Source: Paramicrosporidium saccamoebae KSL3 (lineage: Eukaryota; Fungi; Cryptomycota). From it: a stretch of DNA of 32,000 nucleotides. The translations under genes were made by a program, and so were the position numbers. The notes beneath the pieces are model-generated. The model was not told where the DNA came from, did no database searches, and saw nothing but the letters and a program-made list of their open reading frames with translations. Positions 1-10,600 of the stretch are shown in pieces; within the stretch, counting starts at the first letter, position 1, and each line of letters begins with the position of its first letter. The DNA lies in NCBI GenBank assembly GCA_002794465.1, contig MTSL01000041.1, positions 77,113 to 109,112 on the forward strand. Reading direction: 5' to 3'.

Positions 1-12
1 GGTTATCAAAAC

Positions 13-124
13 TGTTATTGACTCGTAACCCAGTATCAAGGACTATTGACCCGCAACTCACTATCAGGGACTCTTGATCCGCAACTCATCATCAGAGATA
101 CTTGGCTCGCAGCCTTATCAATGA
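13..124. repeat. Degenerate 28-bp tandem repeat, 3-4 copies
   Basis: Units at 13-40 (tgttattgactcgtaacccagtatcaag), 41-68 (gactattgacccgcaactcactatcagg) and 69-96 (gactcttgatccgcaactcatcatcaga), with a weaker fourth at 97-124. Confidence 0.7.
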
Positions 125-179
125 TTTTTGCTCACTAGTACCGCTTGATTGGATACATTGTGTAATATGGTCTAATTTA

Positions 180-458
180 TTAACAGACTAGGTACTTGCG
201 TCCCTTCATGATACGTCGGTGGAGAACTTTTCGGCCTCCACGGGTGCGGAGTCGGGCAAGATATCCAAATTTTCGACGCCGTCGGAGCGAGCTAGGCTGG
301 TATTCTTGGCCATACGTTGTCCAGCGAAGCGGCATCATGTTGATACGATGCACAACTGGTAAACGTGCAGTCGGTATAATGCTGAATGTGCGAACAAGAG
401 ATGAAAGCGGCAGGACCTTGTCAGAGAGAGACTTTAATCGGCTGAGAAACGCAAACAT
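180..458 (-). CDS. MRPL34: Mitochondrial ribosomal protein bL34m (92 aa)
   Basis: The C-terminal half TYGQEYQPSSLRRRRKFGYLARLRTRGGRKVLHRRIMKGRKYL matches the L34 signature. The N-terminal ~45 aa are Ser/Arg/Leu-rich with almost no acidic residues, like a mitochondrial presequence. ATG at 458, TAA at 180. Confidence 0.92.
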   Translation of the reverse strand: MFAFLSRLKSLSDKVLPLSSLVRTFSIIPTARLPVVHRINMMPLRWTTYGQEYQPSSLRRRRKFGYLARLRTRGGRKVLHRRIMKGRKYLVC

Positions 459-640
459 TAACGATAAATGTGAGAAATGCGAGGTTTGTATTAAGAATCA
501 AAGGGTTCTGATCTGATCCGTATATATATTCGTGAGGTTTTATGGACCCAGTTTCGCGTTGTTTAGTGAAGTAATTATCACTAGTGCGATTGGTACGGGG
601 ACAGGGGCATATTCAGCCTTTCCAGTATCAATTGGGTCTG

Positions 641-1783
641 CTAATCTATGTGAAAATGACCCCCTTCATCGGTGGGATTGAGCAGATGGTAGGTATAAAT
701 AGCCAGACATCCAAACAAGTTTACCCAGCGCCATAATACGGGATCCATATAAATGGGAAGGGCAGATTGTCGTGTATAATTGAGCCAGGCAAACGTATAA
801 ATAGCGACCAGTATGGCCCTCCCAAAACACGGCCACAGATAGGCTGTCAGCCAAGTGGTAATGTCAGGCTGCTCTTCGCCATCTAATCCCACCGAACGCC
901 GATACATACGCACGGCAACTAGAAAGATTCCCATTTGAAGGAGCAATGTCATGACAATTTCAACACTAAACATGGAAAATAGTGCCTCTACGACCGCCAA
1001 TGGCTCCATTGGCAGGGCCTTCCATCCCGCATGAGAGATGAACCTGAGGAGAGAGTTGGAAGTGGCATGGAGAGCGAGACGGGGAACTGAGCGGGCAATG
1101 AGCCAGATATTGTACATGGCGTAGAGGGTCACTAGGGAAGAATCGGTAATGGTGCCGTGCGGGACAAGAATTGTGCCAAATGTCAGGACACCCACCAAGG
1201 TCAACACAATGGCTAGCAAAGTAGCACTGGTGACATTGCTCACTTGCCCTGTGTAGTAGAGATTGCCCACCACTCCCAAAGACGTGCCGTATATTAAGAT
1301 GCAACCGACAAGTACAAGGCCCTTGGTAAAGTTGGATTGGTCTGCAATGGACTCGGAAAAGAGCTGTCCAGAGCTTAGAATAACCGTCATGGCGGCAAAT
1401 CCCTCCAGTAGGATTATCAGCGGACATGCGACACTGAGTATTGTTTCATATGGTACAGTCACCCAAGTGGGCATGTATTTCAACCCAGCATAGGAGACGG
1501 ACAGGACAAGGGGCAACTCTGAAAATACAAAGATGGCTGCCACTCGATCGAGGATCGGAAAGGATACTGCATGTCTCCTTTTCTTGTCAGACTGGCTCGG
1601 CCCAAATGTGACCCCCGCCTCAACCAGCAGCTGGAATAGGCCGCGTGCCAAATAAAACAGCAGCACTGACAATGACAACTTTAGACCCTCAGTCTTGCCA
1701 AACTTGGAAAAGACGGGCGGAAAGGCCACGACAAATGCAGTGACGGCAAGGAACCTCCCGCCGGACCAGAATCCCGCCGCCAT
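641..1783 (-). CDS. ICE2: ICE2-like multi-pass ER membrane protein (380 aa)
   Basis: It has many hydrophobic helices, and LLEGFAAMTVILSSGQ and GTITDSSLVTLYAMY resemble Ice2-family motifs as I recall them. The track start at 1849 is TTG; the first ATG is at 1783 (MAAGFWSGG). Confidence 0.65.
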   Translation of the reverse strand: MAAGFWSGGRFLAVTAFVVAFPPVFSKFGKTEGLKLSLSVLLFYLARGLFQLLVEAGVTFGPSQSDKKRRHAVSFPILDRVAAIFVFSELPLVLSVSYAGLKYMPTWVTVPYETILSVACPLIILLEGFAAMTVILSSGQLFSESIADQSNFTKGLVLVGCILIYGTSLGVVGNLYYTGQVSNVTSATLLAIVLTLVGVLTFGTILVPHGTITDSSLVTLYAMYNIWLIARSVPRLALHATSNSLLRFISHAGWKALPMEPLAVVEALFSMFSVEIVMTLLLQMGIFLVAVRMYRRSVGLDGEEQPDITTWLTAYLWPCFGRAILVAIYTFAWLNYTRQSALPIYMDPVLWRWVNLFGCLAIYTYHLLNPTDEGGHFHID

Positions 1784-1848
1784 ACAGTCGTCCCCGATTG
1801 GCTGTTCTTTAGTCCGTCTGATTGGATGCCGCCTACAACTTGATTGCA

Positions 1849-3120
1849 ATGAGGCAGTTGTACGCTAATCTGGAGAATCGTTTCTTGATATCTCCCAAGC
1901 TCATTTACTTTGCGGTGAGTACGGCCTACTATGCCCTGTACCTGTTCCGCGCAAAATTCATCAAAGACTATCTGAGACTGGATGATACAACATATGGGGA
2001 CATTTCTGGTGTCATGGCCATAGTGGGCTTTGCAGGTGCTACTCTCTGGAGCTGGATAGGGGACAATTCAGGACGCCATCGACTGGTTCTGATGATAATC
2101 TGTCTGGGAATGTCGCTATCGGCCGAATTTCTGTACTTTATTGCGCCGGTCCAGGACGAATTGACGAGAACAGTGTTAACGGCAGTGGTCTTTGGGCTTT
2201 ATGCCATATTTGTGGGAGGAATGATGCCGCTGGCGGACTATCTAGTGTTGAAGATTCTGTCTAACCGGCCGGGCTTTAGTCGCGATCTCTACAGTCGGCA
2301 ATGTCTGTTCGGGACGGCTGCTTACGGAGTCACCAGCTATTTGGTGGGTTTATTAGTCAAGGCGTTCAAGTTGCCAATAGTGTTCTTTGTTCTACCAGCA
2401 AGTTCTCTATTTGCAGTGGGAATTTTGTTTCTGTGTGCGCCTGCAGATCAGCCCAAGTCTTGGGGCATGACCCCCCAACCAACCACCAAGGAACCAGAAG
2501 CGGCCGTTACTCAACATCCATTGAAAACATTGCTGTTGAATGCAAATTTCGTGTTCATGCTGTTTGTCGTCTTCCTGACGGGCAGTGCCCGTGCCGTCAT
2601 GACCACTTTTCTTGCCAAATATTGGGACGAAACGATGCGTCTCACTGAAACTCAGGTTGGAACAGCCGCCAATTTCGGCATCTTTTTGGAGATTGCCATC
2701 TTTGCAGTTGGTCCGCTGTGTATACGACTGTTCGGAGTGTATTGGATGCTGTTGATGGCACAGCTGGCAATGGTATTGCGTGCCTGGGCATATGTTGGCA
2801 TGTCGAACACGACCTCGGTCTATTTTGTATATAGCGTAGAGCTTCTCAAGGGCGTAGGATTCGGCTTTACACAAGTTTCTGGGACAAAGGTGGCCATGGA
2901 GAGTGCACCGGACGAACTAAAGGCCACTGCCCAGGCGCTATATTCTGCATTCTACTCGCAACTGCCTCTGGTTCTGACAGCGTTTGCAGGCGGGCGATGC
3001 TATCAGCTTTACGGATCGGATCTGTTGTTCAAGATTACGGCTGTAATGGCCTCCCTGGCTCTGGGATTGTGCACAATGAAGTATCTGGCCGATGGTAGTT
3101 TATTTAAACGACATAATTAA
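1849..3120 (+). CDS. MFS transporter, MFSD6-like (423 aa)
   Basis: About 12 TM segments, with LWSWIGDNSGRHRLVL (motif A region) and VELLKGVGFGF...APDELKATAQALY typical of the MFS_1_like/MFSD6 group. The track start at 1822 is TTG; the first ATG is at 1849. Confidence 0.85.
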   Translation: MRQLYANLENRFLISPKLIYFAVSTAYYALYLFRAKFIKDYLRLDDTTYGDISGVMAIVGFAGATLWSWIGDNSGRHRLVLMIICLGMSLSAEFLYFIAPVQDELTRTVLTAVVFGLYAIFVGGMMPLADYLVLKILSNRPGFSRDLYSRQCLFGTAAYGVTSYLVGLLVKAFKLPIVFFVLPASSLFAVGILFLCAPADQPKSWGMTPQPTTKEPEAAVTQHPLKTLLLNANFVFMLFVVFLTGSARAVMTTFLAKYWDETMRLTETQVGTAANFGIFLEIAIFAVGPLCIRLFGVYWMLLMAQLAMVLRAWAYVGMSNTTSVYFVYSVELLKGVGFGFTQVSGTKVAMESAPDELKATAQALYSAFYSQLPLVLTAFAGGRCYQLYGSDLLFKITAVMASLALGLCTMKYLADGSLFKRHN

Positions 3121-3135
3121 TTCCATTGTAAGTTA

Positions 3136-4299
3136 ATGAAGTGGCAGTTAGTGCTGACTGTGGTTTCAGCCAAAAGTCTATTAGTATTGCATGACGGAAC
3201 GGTAGATGAGGGACTGGTGAGCTGGCTTAATGGTGAAGACGCGGCAGATTTGTTCAATGTGAAAAACTCTGACACTCCTTACTCTCTGATTGACCCGTAC
3301 AGTGACAAACTCAGCTATGAAAACCTGCTGATGGTGACGACACAACTTCCCGCTAGCGTATCGAATGAGCAGTTTGTGGAATATGCAAAACGTGGAGGAA
3401 ATGTACTATGGATGTTGCCCATGGAGCATGCTTCATTGAAGAATAGGACGGTCAAGCTAGCGGCGGAGTTTGGACGCGAGTTGGACGTCCAACCACCCAG
3501 TGTGATGGATTATACCGACAAGGACGATTCCACAAATACAACCGTGAGAATGGTTCCAGAGACGGCAACTCGAGTCTTTGGAAAAGGCGGAATGCTTCGA
3601 TATCGAGGACGTTCACATCGGTTGATTTCGGGAAATCCGCTTGTATTTCCAGTAATCACCGCCCGAAAGGAAGCAATTGCAGTATGTCCTCCCACCGTGG
3701 GATTGGGTCAATGCACTCCATCCTTTGGGGCAGACAATGTGCTCGTCAGTGCCCTGCAAACGCGATTAAACTCGCGTATCACTCTCATCTCCTCTGATGG
3801 ATGGCTTCGAGAGCGGAACAGTGCAGCCCGTCGATTGGCTGATTGGACCTTTCAACGAAGCGGTCAATTGACCATTGAATCCTATCAACATGTGAATCTG
3901 GAAGGACGTTCCAGTTATCGGATTGGTGATCGGATGGAATTGACTGTCTGTCTAAAGCTAGATGGAAAGCCAATGCAACCAACGGACATGCAGATGGAGC
4001 TAACAATGATGGATGCATGGGTCAGGGCTGATCTTCATCCCGTGGGAGATTGTTTGAGCACGGGACCCGTTAAATTGCCCGACCGATATGGCACCTTTAC
4101 ATTAAGCATGCGATATCAACGAAAGGGTTGGCCCCATCTGATGCGCAAGGAAAAGTTTATTATCCGTCCAGTGCATTATGAGGAGGCAGTCCGATTCATG
4201 CTCTCAGCAATGCCATATTACATGTCCTGGATTGCCATGATGGCCACCTCGGCCTTTTTAGTCTTTCCCTTTATCTTTCCATCAGAAAAGCGAGGATAA
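3136..4299 (+). CDS. WBP1: Oligosaccharyltransferase 48 kDa subunit (WBP1/OST48/DDOST), 387 aa
   Basis: KLPDRYGTFTLSMRYQRKGWPHL...IRPVHYEEAVRFMLSAMPYYMSWIAMM matches the DDOST C-terminal motif. It has a short signal peptide, one C-terminal TM and a basic tail (EKRG). Confidence 0.9.
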   Translation: MKWQLVLTVVSAKSLLVLHDGTVDEGLVSWLNGEDAADLFNVKNSDTPYSLIDPYSDKLSYENLLMVTTQLPASVSNEQFVEYAKRGGNVLWMLPMEHASLKNRTVKLAAEFGRELDVQPPSVMDYTDKDDSTNTTVRMVPETATRVFGKGGMLRYRGRSHRLISGNPLVFPVITARKEAIAVCPPTVGLGQCTPSFGADNVLVSALQTRLNSRITLISSDGWLRERNSAARRLADWTFQRSGQLTIESYQHVNLEGRSSYRIGDRMELTVCLKLDGKPMQPTDMQMELTMMDAWVRADLHPVGDCLSTGPVKLPDRYGTFTLSMRYQRKGWPHLMRKEKFIIRPVHYEEAVRFMLSAMPYYMSWIAMMATSAFLVFPFIFPSEKRG

Positions 4300-4530
4300 T
4301 TATACTCTGAATGTTATTGTGCTCTTATTGTGTTATATTGTGCTGTATTGGATCCATGCACCTTGTATCTTGTGTGTCCAGTAACGCTAATGCACTAGTC
4401 ACAAACCCATTAATCTTATAGGTATATCTTTTACTTGAAATTTGATAAAGAGTCTTTCCAACCTTTGGTAAAAAGTCCTACAACTCTAAGGCGAATGGCC
4501 AACCGCTGATTCTTTGCATCCTGGACCCCC

Positions 4531-7370
4531 TTACAGGTAGCCATCAGTCGAGATTGGTCGGACAGACAGATAGAAATCATCAAAGAATGCAGCACCGCGG
4601 GGGGCAACCAACCAAGCCCACACTTCCAATGCTACTAAGGGGGACCTTGAGGCCGACATGACCAATCCGGTACTAAAGGCCATGGGCTGCCATTTTGTCT
4701 CCTCATATGGATCCCAACCGGAATAAAATTCTTGCACTTTGTCAGCCCATACATAGCGCAATCGGAGTTGGAGGGAGAGTTGGGCCGGTGGTCCAAAGAG
4801 TCGATCAACCCGCGTCCAGGCAGACACGCTAATCTGGCAAGCCATGGTATGACATTCAGAAGGCAATTCATCAACCGGGATGGTTTGATAGATGCCCCGT
4901 CCAACTGGAGTATCTGGTCCAGCTCCAATGTATATTGATATGGCATAGTCATCAGGATGGAGTGACGCCGTGTGGTGTGCTTTGCGGGCCGGAATGGCAA
5001 CTTCAGAGGGCAAAGAGTCAGCGGGACGGAGTGCCACTAATGCGGCACTGGTGCCAAGGGATCGTTCCCAATAATCATCGTTTAAATAGAAATTGCCATT
5101 TAGCACCAAATTCCGTTCATCATAGTACGGCGGGGTTCTGATTAGTAGCTCCTTGCCGGATGGATGGACGACTGTGTGATTTCCAGGTCGGACCAACAGT
5201 CGATAATAACGCTCCGGGTCCAACCCCGTAATTAGGGCGTGCTTGGGCGCAATTGGACTCGAATGAGAGGGCTCCACATAATGGCTGAACGTCAAATCGC
5301 CCGGTTGATCATCGTCGGTGGTTTCAGTAATGTCAAAGACATCAATTTGGTACAAATGATAGTCAATCTTGCTGGCCCATTTAAACTCGACAGAGAAGGG
5401 TTGCATGTCATACACACGCACATTGTCAACATCGTCGGGATCAATCTCTACAAATCAATACCAATCAGATAGAATCATTTACCTTGGATGGCCATGGTGG
5501 TCATTCCAAAGACGGACAAGGTGTCCAGAGAATGTTTCTGCAATGCCATTTTCAGAAATCCCCAGACACGCGACCTCATCCGATCATAGGGTGTCTTATT
5601 TAGCCAATGCGGGTCCTGTCGATGGGTTAGCTCCACGGAGCGGCAATTGGCCACCTTTATGTCTGCCTCCATAGCCCGTAGGAAAAAGTCTTCGTGTTCG
5701 CCCAGCTTGAGGATGGGATCCCATCGAATCTTCTCCAGCACAACTCTTCGGGCAACAAAAATGTTGGGCACCAAGTCAACACGCACACAGGTGCTGCCTG
5801 GGATGCCTCCACGATCACCATGGATTAGATGCACTTGACGGTCCCTCCTCTCAAGCAACCCGACATAGTTAAAGCCGTGTTGATTGCGATCGGCAGGACT
5901 ACTGGCAGCCACAATGTCTAATCGGTTGGAGATTAATTGGTGGACCAAATAACCCAAATCGCTATGTTCTGTAAACACGAAATCGTCATCGAGAATCATC
6001 ATTAGGGGCGTCTCTACCTTGTCAACCATAATATTGCGTGCCTCAGATAGACCGGTGTCATAGGGCAGCGGGAGATAGGTAAAGCCGCGTTTGGGTCCAG
6101 CCGGAGTGTCAAAGGCTTGGGAACCATCATTGGCTACCAAAATTGGCAAGTTGGGATAGTACTGACGAAGGGACGAGACCAGCTCAAACACCTTGTGCAT
6201 CCGGTCCATCGTCTTGACCGTCACAGTCAGTAAGGCCGACAAGTTGTAAATGGACACAATAGTGGTAGTGCCATCCATCTCAGCTTTGACAGTAGTTATT
6301 CCGAACAACGGATCAGGAGTCACTGTTACTGTGGAGAGGCACTGATTAATCTCTGCTACCGAGTCTCCAGAGCAGCTTGAGGGCGAAATCTTGCCAAAGT
6401 CAACTTCCAGTTGGACCGTCGACTTGGAGCTGGCTCTAACGTCCAAGTGGATGGAAGTGCCGTCAGTGACATGGTAAGCCACTGATCCCTCCCGCAGTAT
6501 ATCCATAATGCTCTCCTTTTCCACTGAAATGTTTTTGGTTTGGGCCCCAAAGAAATGCAGACTCACAGCCCGTCTCTTTATCCGTTCCAGCATTTCTCGT
6601 GCCGAAATTCCCTCTGGAGCAGCTTTAAACAATTGCGTGGCCTCTTTGTAGTTTACCGGATAGAATACTTCCGATGGCAATTGTATCACTAAATCCCTTG
6701 AAACTTGTTTGCTGGCCATTGTGATGGCTCTCGGTCCGGCATGGTTGAATACGGTTGGATCATATGCCCCTCCAAATCCAATTTCAAGAGCCCGTTTTAG
6801 CAGCTGCGAACCGCGCTCAGCAAGCATCACTCCGGGTGCCAAATACATTCCCCCCGTCAGACACCAATCGCATGTTTCAGGGACACGATCACGGCCGATG
6901 ACAGTGCGTCCAGCGGATGGACCGACAAGCCATTCCTGTATGGGCATTGGTCGCAGTAGCAGAGCATCAAAATCGGAATAGACTCCGCCGTCGCGATAAA
7001 GCAGAGTGAAGCGCAAGAGATCCGTCAAATGAGAATAGTAATAAGGACCAGTTTTCCATTTTTCATGGTTCTCCAGCCAGACAGTGGCTTCCTCAGACAC
7101 TTGGGCTGCCAATGTCAAAAATTCTTCGTCAATCGTCACAAGGTCCATAGAATAACCAGCCTCATAGAACGGACGCAATATCATGCGCCAGTTGGCCCAA
7201 TTAGTGTCAGTGATATAGAGCCGCAGGTGCCAATTCGGATGGTGATGAAAATAGGATTGAAGCACCTGCAAATGTCGGGGTCGCAAGGTAAAGGCAGGTG
7301 TGGTCCACATCATGTGCAACAGCATTCCATGGACACATTCCACAAACAGCACAAACACAAGAGCAAGCAT
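4531..7370 (-). CDS. Multidomain glycosyltransferase: signal peptide + GT32 (A4GALT-like) + GT12/B4GALNT-like + FN3 + CBM-like domain; exons 7370-5483 and 5447-4531, 934 aa
   Basis: A 35-nt GT-AG intron (5482-5448) joins track ORFs 5475..7394 and 4531..5421 in frame (CAA G|AG ATT GAT). GT32: HLTDLLRFTLLYRDGGVYSDFD and LPSEVFYPVNY...SLHFF. B4GALNT-like: YNLSALLTVTVKT...ARNIMVDKVETPLMMILDDDFVF. FN3: ITGLDPERYYRLLVRPGN. CBM-like: NLVLNGNF...GIYQTI...AFFDDFYL. The track start at 7394 is TTG; the first ATG is at 7370. Confidence 0.8.
5448..5482 (-). other. Spliceosomal intron, 35 nt
   Basis: GTAAATGATTCTATCTGATTGGTATTGATTTGTAG; removing it restores a continuous frame. Confidence 0.8.
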
Positions 7371-7678
7371 GTGATGAATGGAGATGTAAAACAAACGAGG
7401 TTCACCAAACGAACAATGAGAGGCGTATTTACCGAAACGGGAACGTTTATAACATACAATTGGCTTTATTGAGTTGCTACCATGCTACCATGAGACCATG
7501 AGTGTAATGACAGAAATACAAAAGTGATTGTTACTTTAGGCGTGATCATTGACTTGATCGTTCCATATTTATACTTACAGATCCTATCACTATAGCTCTA
7601 TACCTTATACCCTATACCCACACATCTATCTCTACAACTCTTCACTGACCCGCTGATTCGTTAAATCGCTGACCCACC

Positions 7679-10600
7679 TTAAAACTCTTCAAGCTTTAAT
7701 CGCGGCACAATGTTCATGGATTGTAATTCTTGAAAGAGCAATTTGCAGGCATAGGGAATCTTGATGGTGGCAACACCGGCACTGGTTTTGCACATATTAC
7801 ACCAACCGGCATAGCCGAGTAGACCACAGCTTTGACAGACACTGACGTCAAAGGCATCTGATGCAATCATTAATCTTTCAATGAGCAGAGCAGAGGCACC
7901 GTAGCCGATGAGACAATCACGCTCCATCTCGCCGAGACGCAGTCCACCGTCCCGGGAACGACCCTCTGTAGGCTGACGAGTGAGAACGGCACGGGGTCCA
8001 CGTGCACGTGCATGCATCTTGTCGAGAACCATATGTTTGAGCTTCTGATAGTAAACAGGTCCAGCAAAAATGTATGCCTCCAACGGCTCGCCAGTAATGC
8101 CAGAGGTGAGATAATCCTTTCCTGAATAGGAATAGCCGGCAGCCACAAGCAGCGCACTCATATCAGCAACCGCACTGCCACCAAAAGCGGTGCCATATTG
8201 CAATGTTCCAGCGAGGACGCCCGCCTTTCCAGCTAACAGCTCAATCATCTTCCCAACAGTCATGCGGGAGGGGAATCCATGGGGGTTCATGATAATGTCG
8301 GGACTGATGCCAGCGTCGGAAAAGGGCAAATCGGCCTGGGAGACGATCAATCCACAAACCCCCTTCTGGCCGTGGCGTGAGGAAAACTTGTCTCCGAGTT
8401 CGGGTCTTCGGGTTTGTCGGATGAGCGCCTTAATGAGCAGCTGATCGTCTGTGGTTGTCAGCAACACCTTGTCCACATATGACGCCAAGGGGCCTTTGTA
8501 TGATAACGGAGCTGGTTTGAATGCCTCCGCCAGGGTGGGTGATCCACTGGACAATGGACCATTGGACAAGGCACTATTGGATAGAGCCCCATTGGGCATT
8601 TGCTTGTTCACATAAACCTGTCCCGATAATAATCGTTCTCCAGCCCCGGCAATCCCGTCCGCCTCCAGCACTTCAAATCGCTGTGGAACAACTCCCGTGG
8701 CCGTATCCACTCCGGCTGCAACTACACGATCGTATGCACCGCTGGCGTATTTGCGTAATGTCGTGCTAAACTTTTTCATGACAATGCAACGACCAAAGCC
8801 GCGATCAAGACTGGCCTTGTTGAGGACCAATGCGTCCTCAATATCGTAGCCTGAATAGCTCATTACGGCCACTGTGGCATTTTGTCCCGCCGGCAGTGCA
8901 TCGTAATGGATCAGTTCAATGGTACGTGTTTTCACCATTGGCAATTGTGGATATACCATGAGATATAGCAACGTGTCAATGCGGGACAGTTGGTTGTGGC
9001 CAATTGTTCCAATGGCCTGTTTGCCCATGGCACATTGATATGTGTTTCGGGGCGATTGGTTGTGGTGCGGATAGGGAATTAGTCCCGCCACCGCACCCAA
9101 AATGGTAAACGGTTCAATCTCCAAATGGGTTGTGGTTCCTTGCACAATGTCCGTCTCATAAACGGCCACGGTTGCATCATTCTCCTCATTCACATCCACA
9201 TATTCCACCAGTCCCTCCGCCAGGAAATCATCAAACGTCTTGGCTCCCTCCTTCAGCAGGGCAATGTCCTTTTCCGTTATCACCGGCCTCCCTTGGGTAT
9301 CAACAATGATCAATGGACGACAGATGCGTCCGCCGTCCGAGGACACGTGGATGATCCGCTGTTTCTCATTAATGTTAATTCCCACAAAAGCATTGATTTT
9401 GCCGTTGCGACGCACTGTGCGGAAATTACGCACAAACGATAGCGGCTGTCGTGTGGCTCCCACTGCTACTCCGTTCAGGAAGATCAAAAAGGTTCCTGGA
9501 CGATAGTATTGGCCAATGGGCACTGTTGAAATATCCTCAGCGCCTAGGAGACTGATCAATCGACGGATGGGGCCCTCTTCCTCATCCGTGGTGACGTGGG
9601 TCATCAGAGCCAAATTCTTTACCAAACCGCACGCCTCTCCTTCCGGCGTGTCAGAGGGACATAACATTCCCCACTGGGAGGGCTGCAATGATCGCGGTCC
9701 TGACACTTTGCGAGTCTTCTCAAACTGACTGGTAATACGCGTCATCATTCCCAGTGCGGCTACATAGGACAGTCGTGATAGCACTTGGGTGATCCCGGCA
9801 CGTTCCATCTTGAAACGCTTTACAGTCCAATTTCCGGTGGAAATGGCACGTTCCAGACCCATTGTGATCAGCGCCGTCTGTAGTTGCAACAATCGACCGG
9901 CATCAAATTCCTGCGCCCGGTTCTGACGCGCAAGCACCTTGTCGATATTCCGTTTCAGATCCGCATTGAACCGCTTAAACAAATCCTCGAAAAGCAGTGC
10001 CAGCAGCTGTCCTGCCAGCTCCAATCGCTTGTTTCCCACATAATCGCGATCATCAATGTCCACAGTCTTGTTCATTGCCTGCAATAGACGGCGCGCCATC
10101 AGTCCCAAATACACTGCTTTGGGCGTCAGATCCAACGGACTAACTGGCACATGTGCAACTACCACGTCCGTCAGCAGTTCACGTGCCTCATCTACCGGCG
10201 ATTTTCGTGGAACATAGACGCCTGGGGCTCCGAATTTGCGTGGGAGACGTACTCGGGGACCAATGTATTCCAACGCTTGTTGTTGGGTAAAGATGCCCAG
10301 GCGAGCACATTCTTCAATGGAGGGGGCAAAGCCGTGCATAAATTCCTTTTCTATCCCCACCAATTGTGTCACAGTCTGATCAGCAACCACTCCACATGCC
10401 TTCATTGCAATCGCCAGTGGAACATCCTCTGCCAACGAATTGTGCTTTAGATATAGTCTGCCCGCCTTGGTTCCCACATACGTCTTACTCTTTCGTTCGT
10501 GGGTCGAACTGGTAACCTGAGCCAGCACACTTCCCTTGCGATCCAAGTCTACCAAGATTCGGTTCTTCGACAATTGCTCCTGCACCAGAATGACCTTTTC

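Noticed and set aside
196-516. 106-aa Arg-rich plus-strand ORF
   Set aside because: It is the antisense shadow of MRPL34 and has no independent motif.
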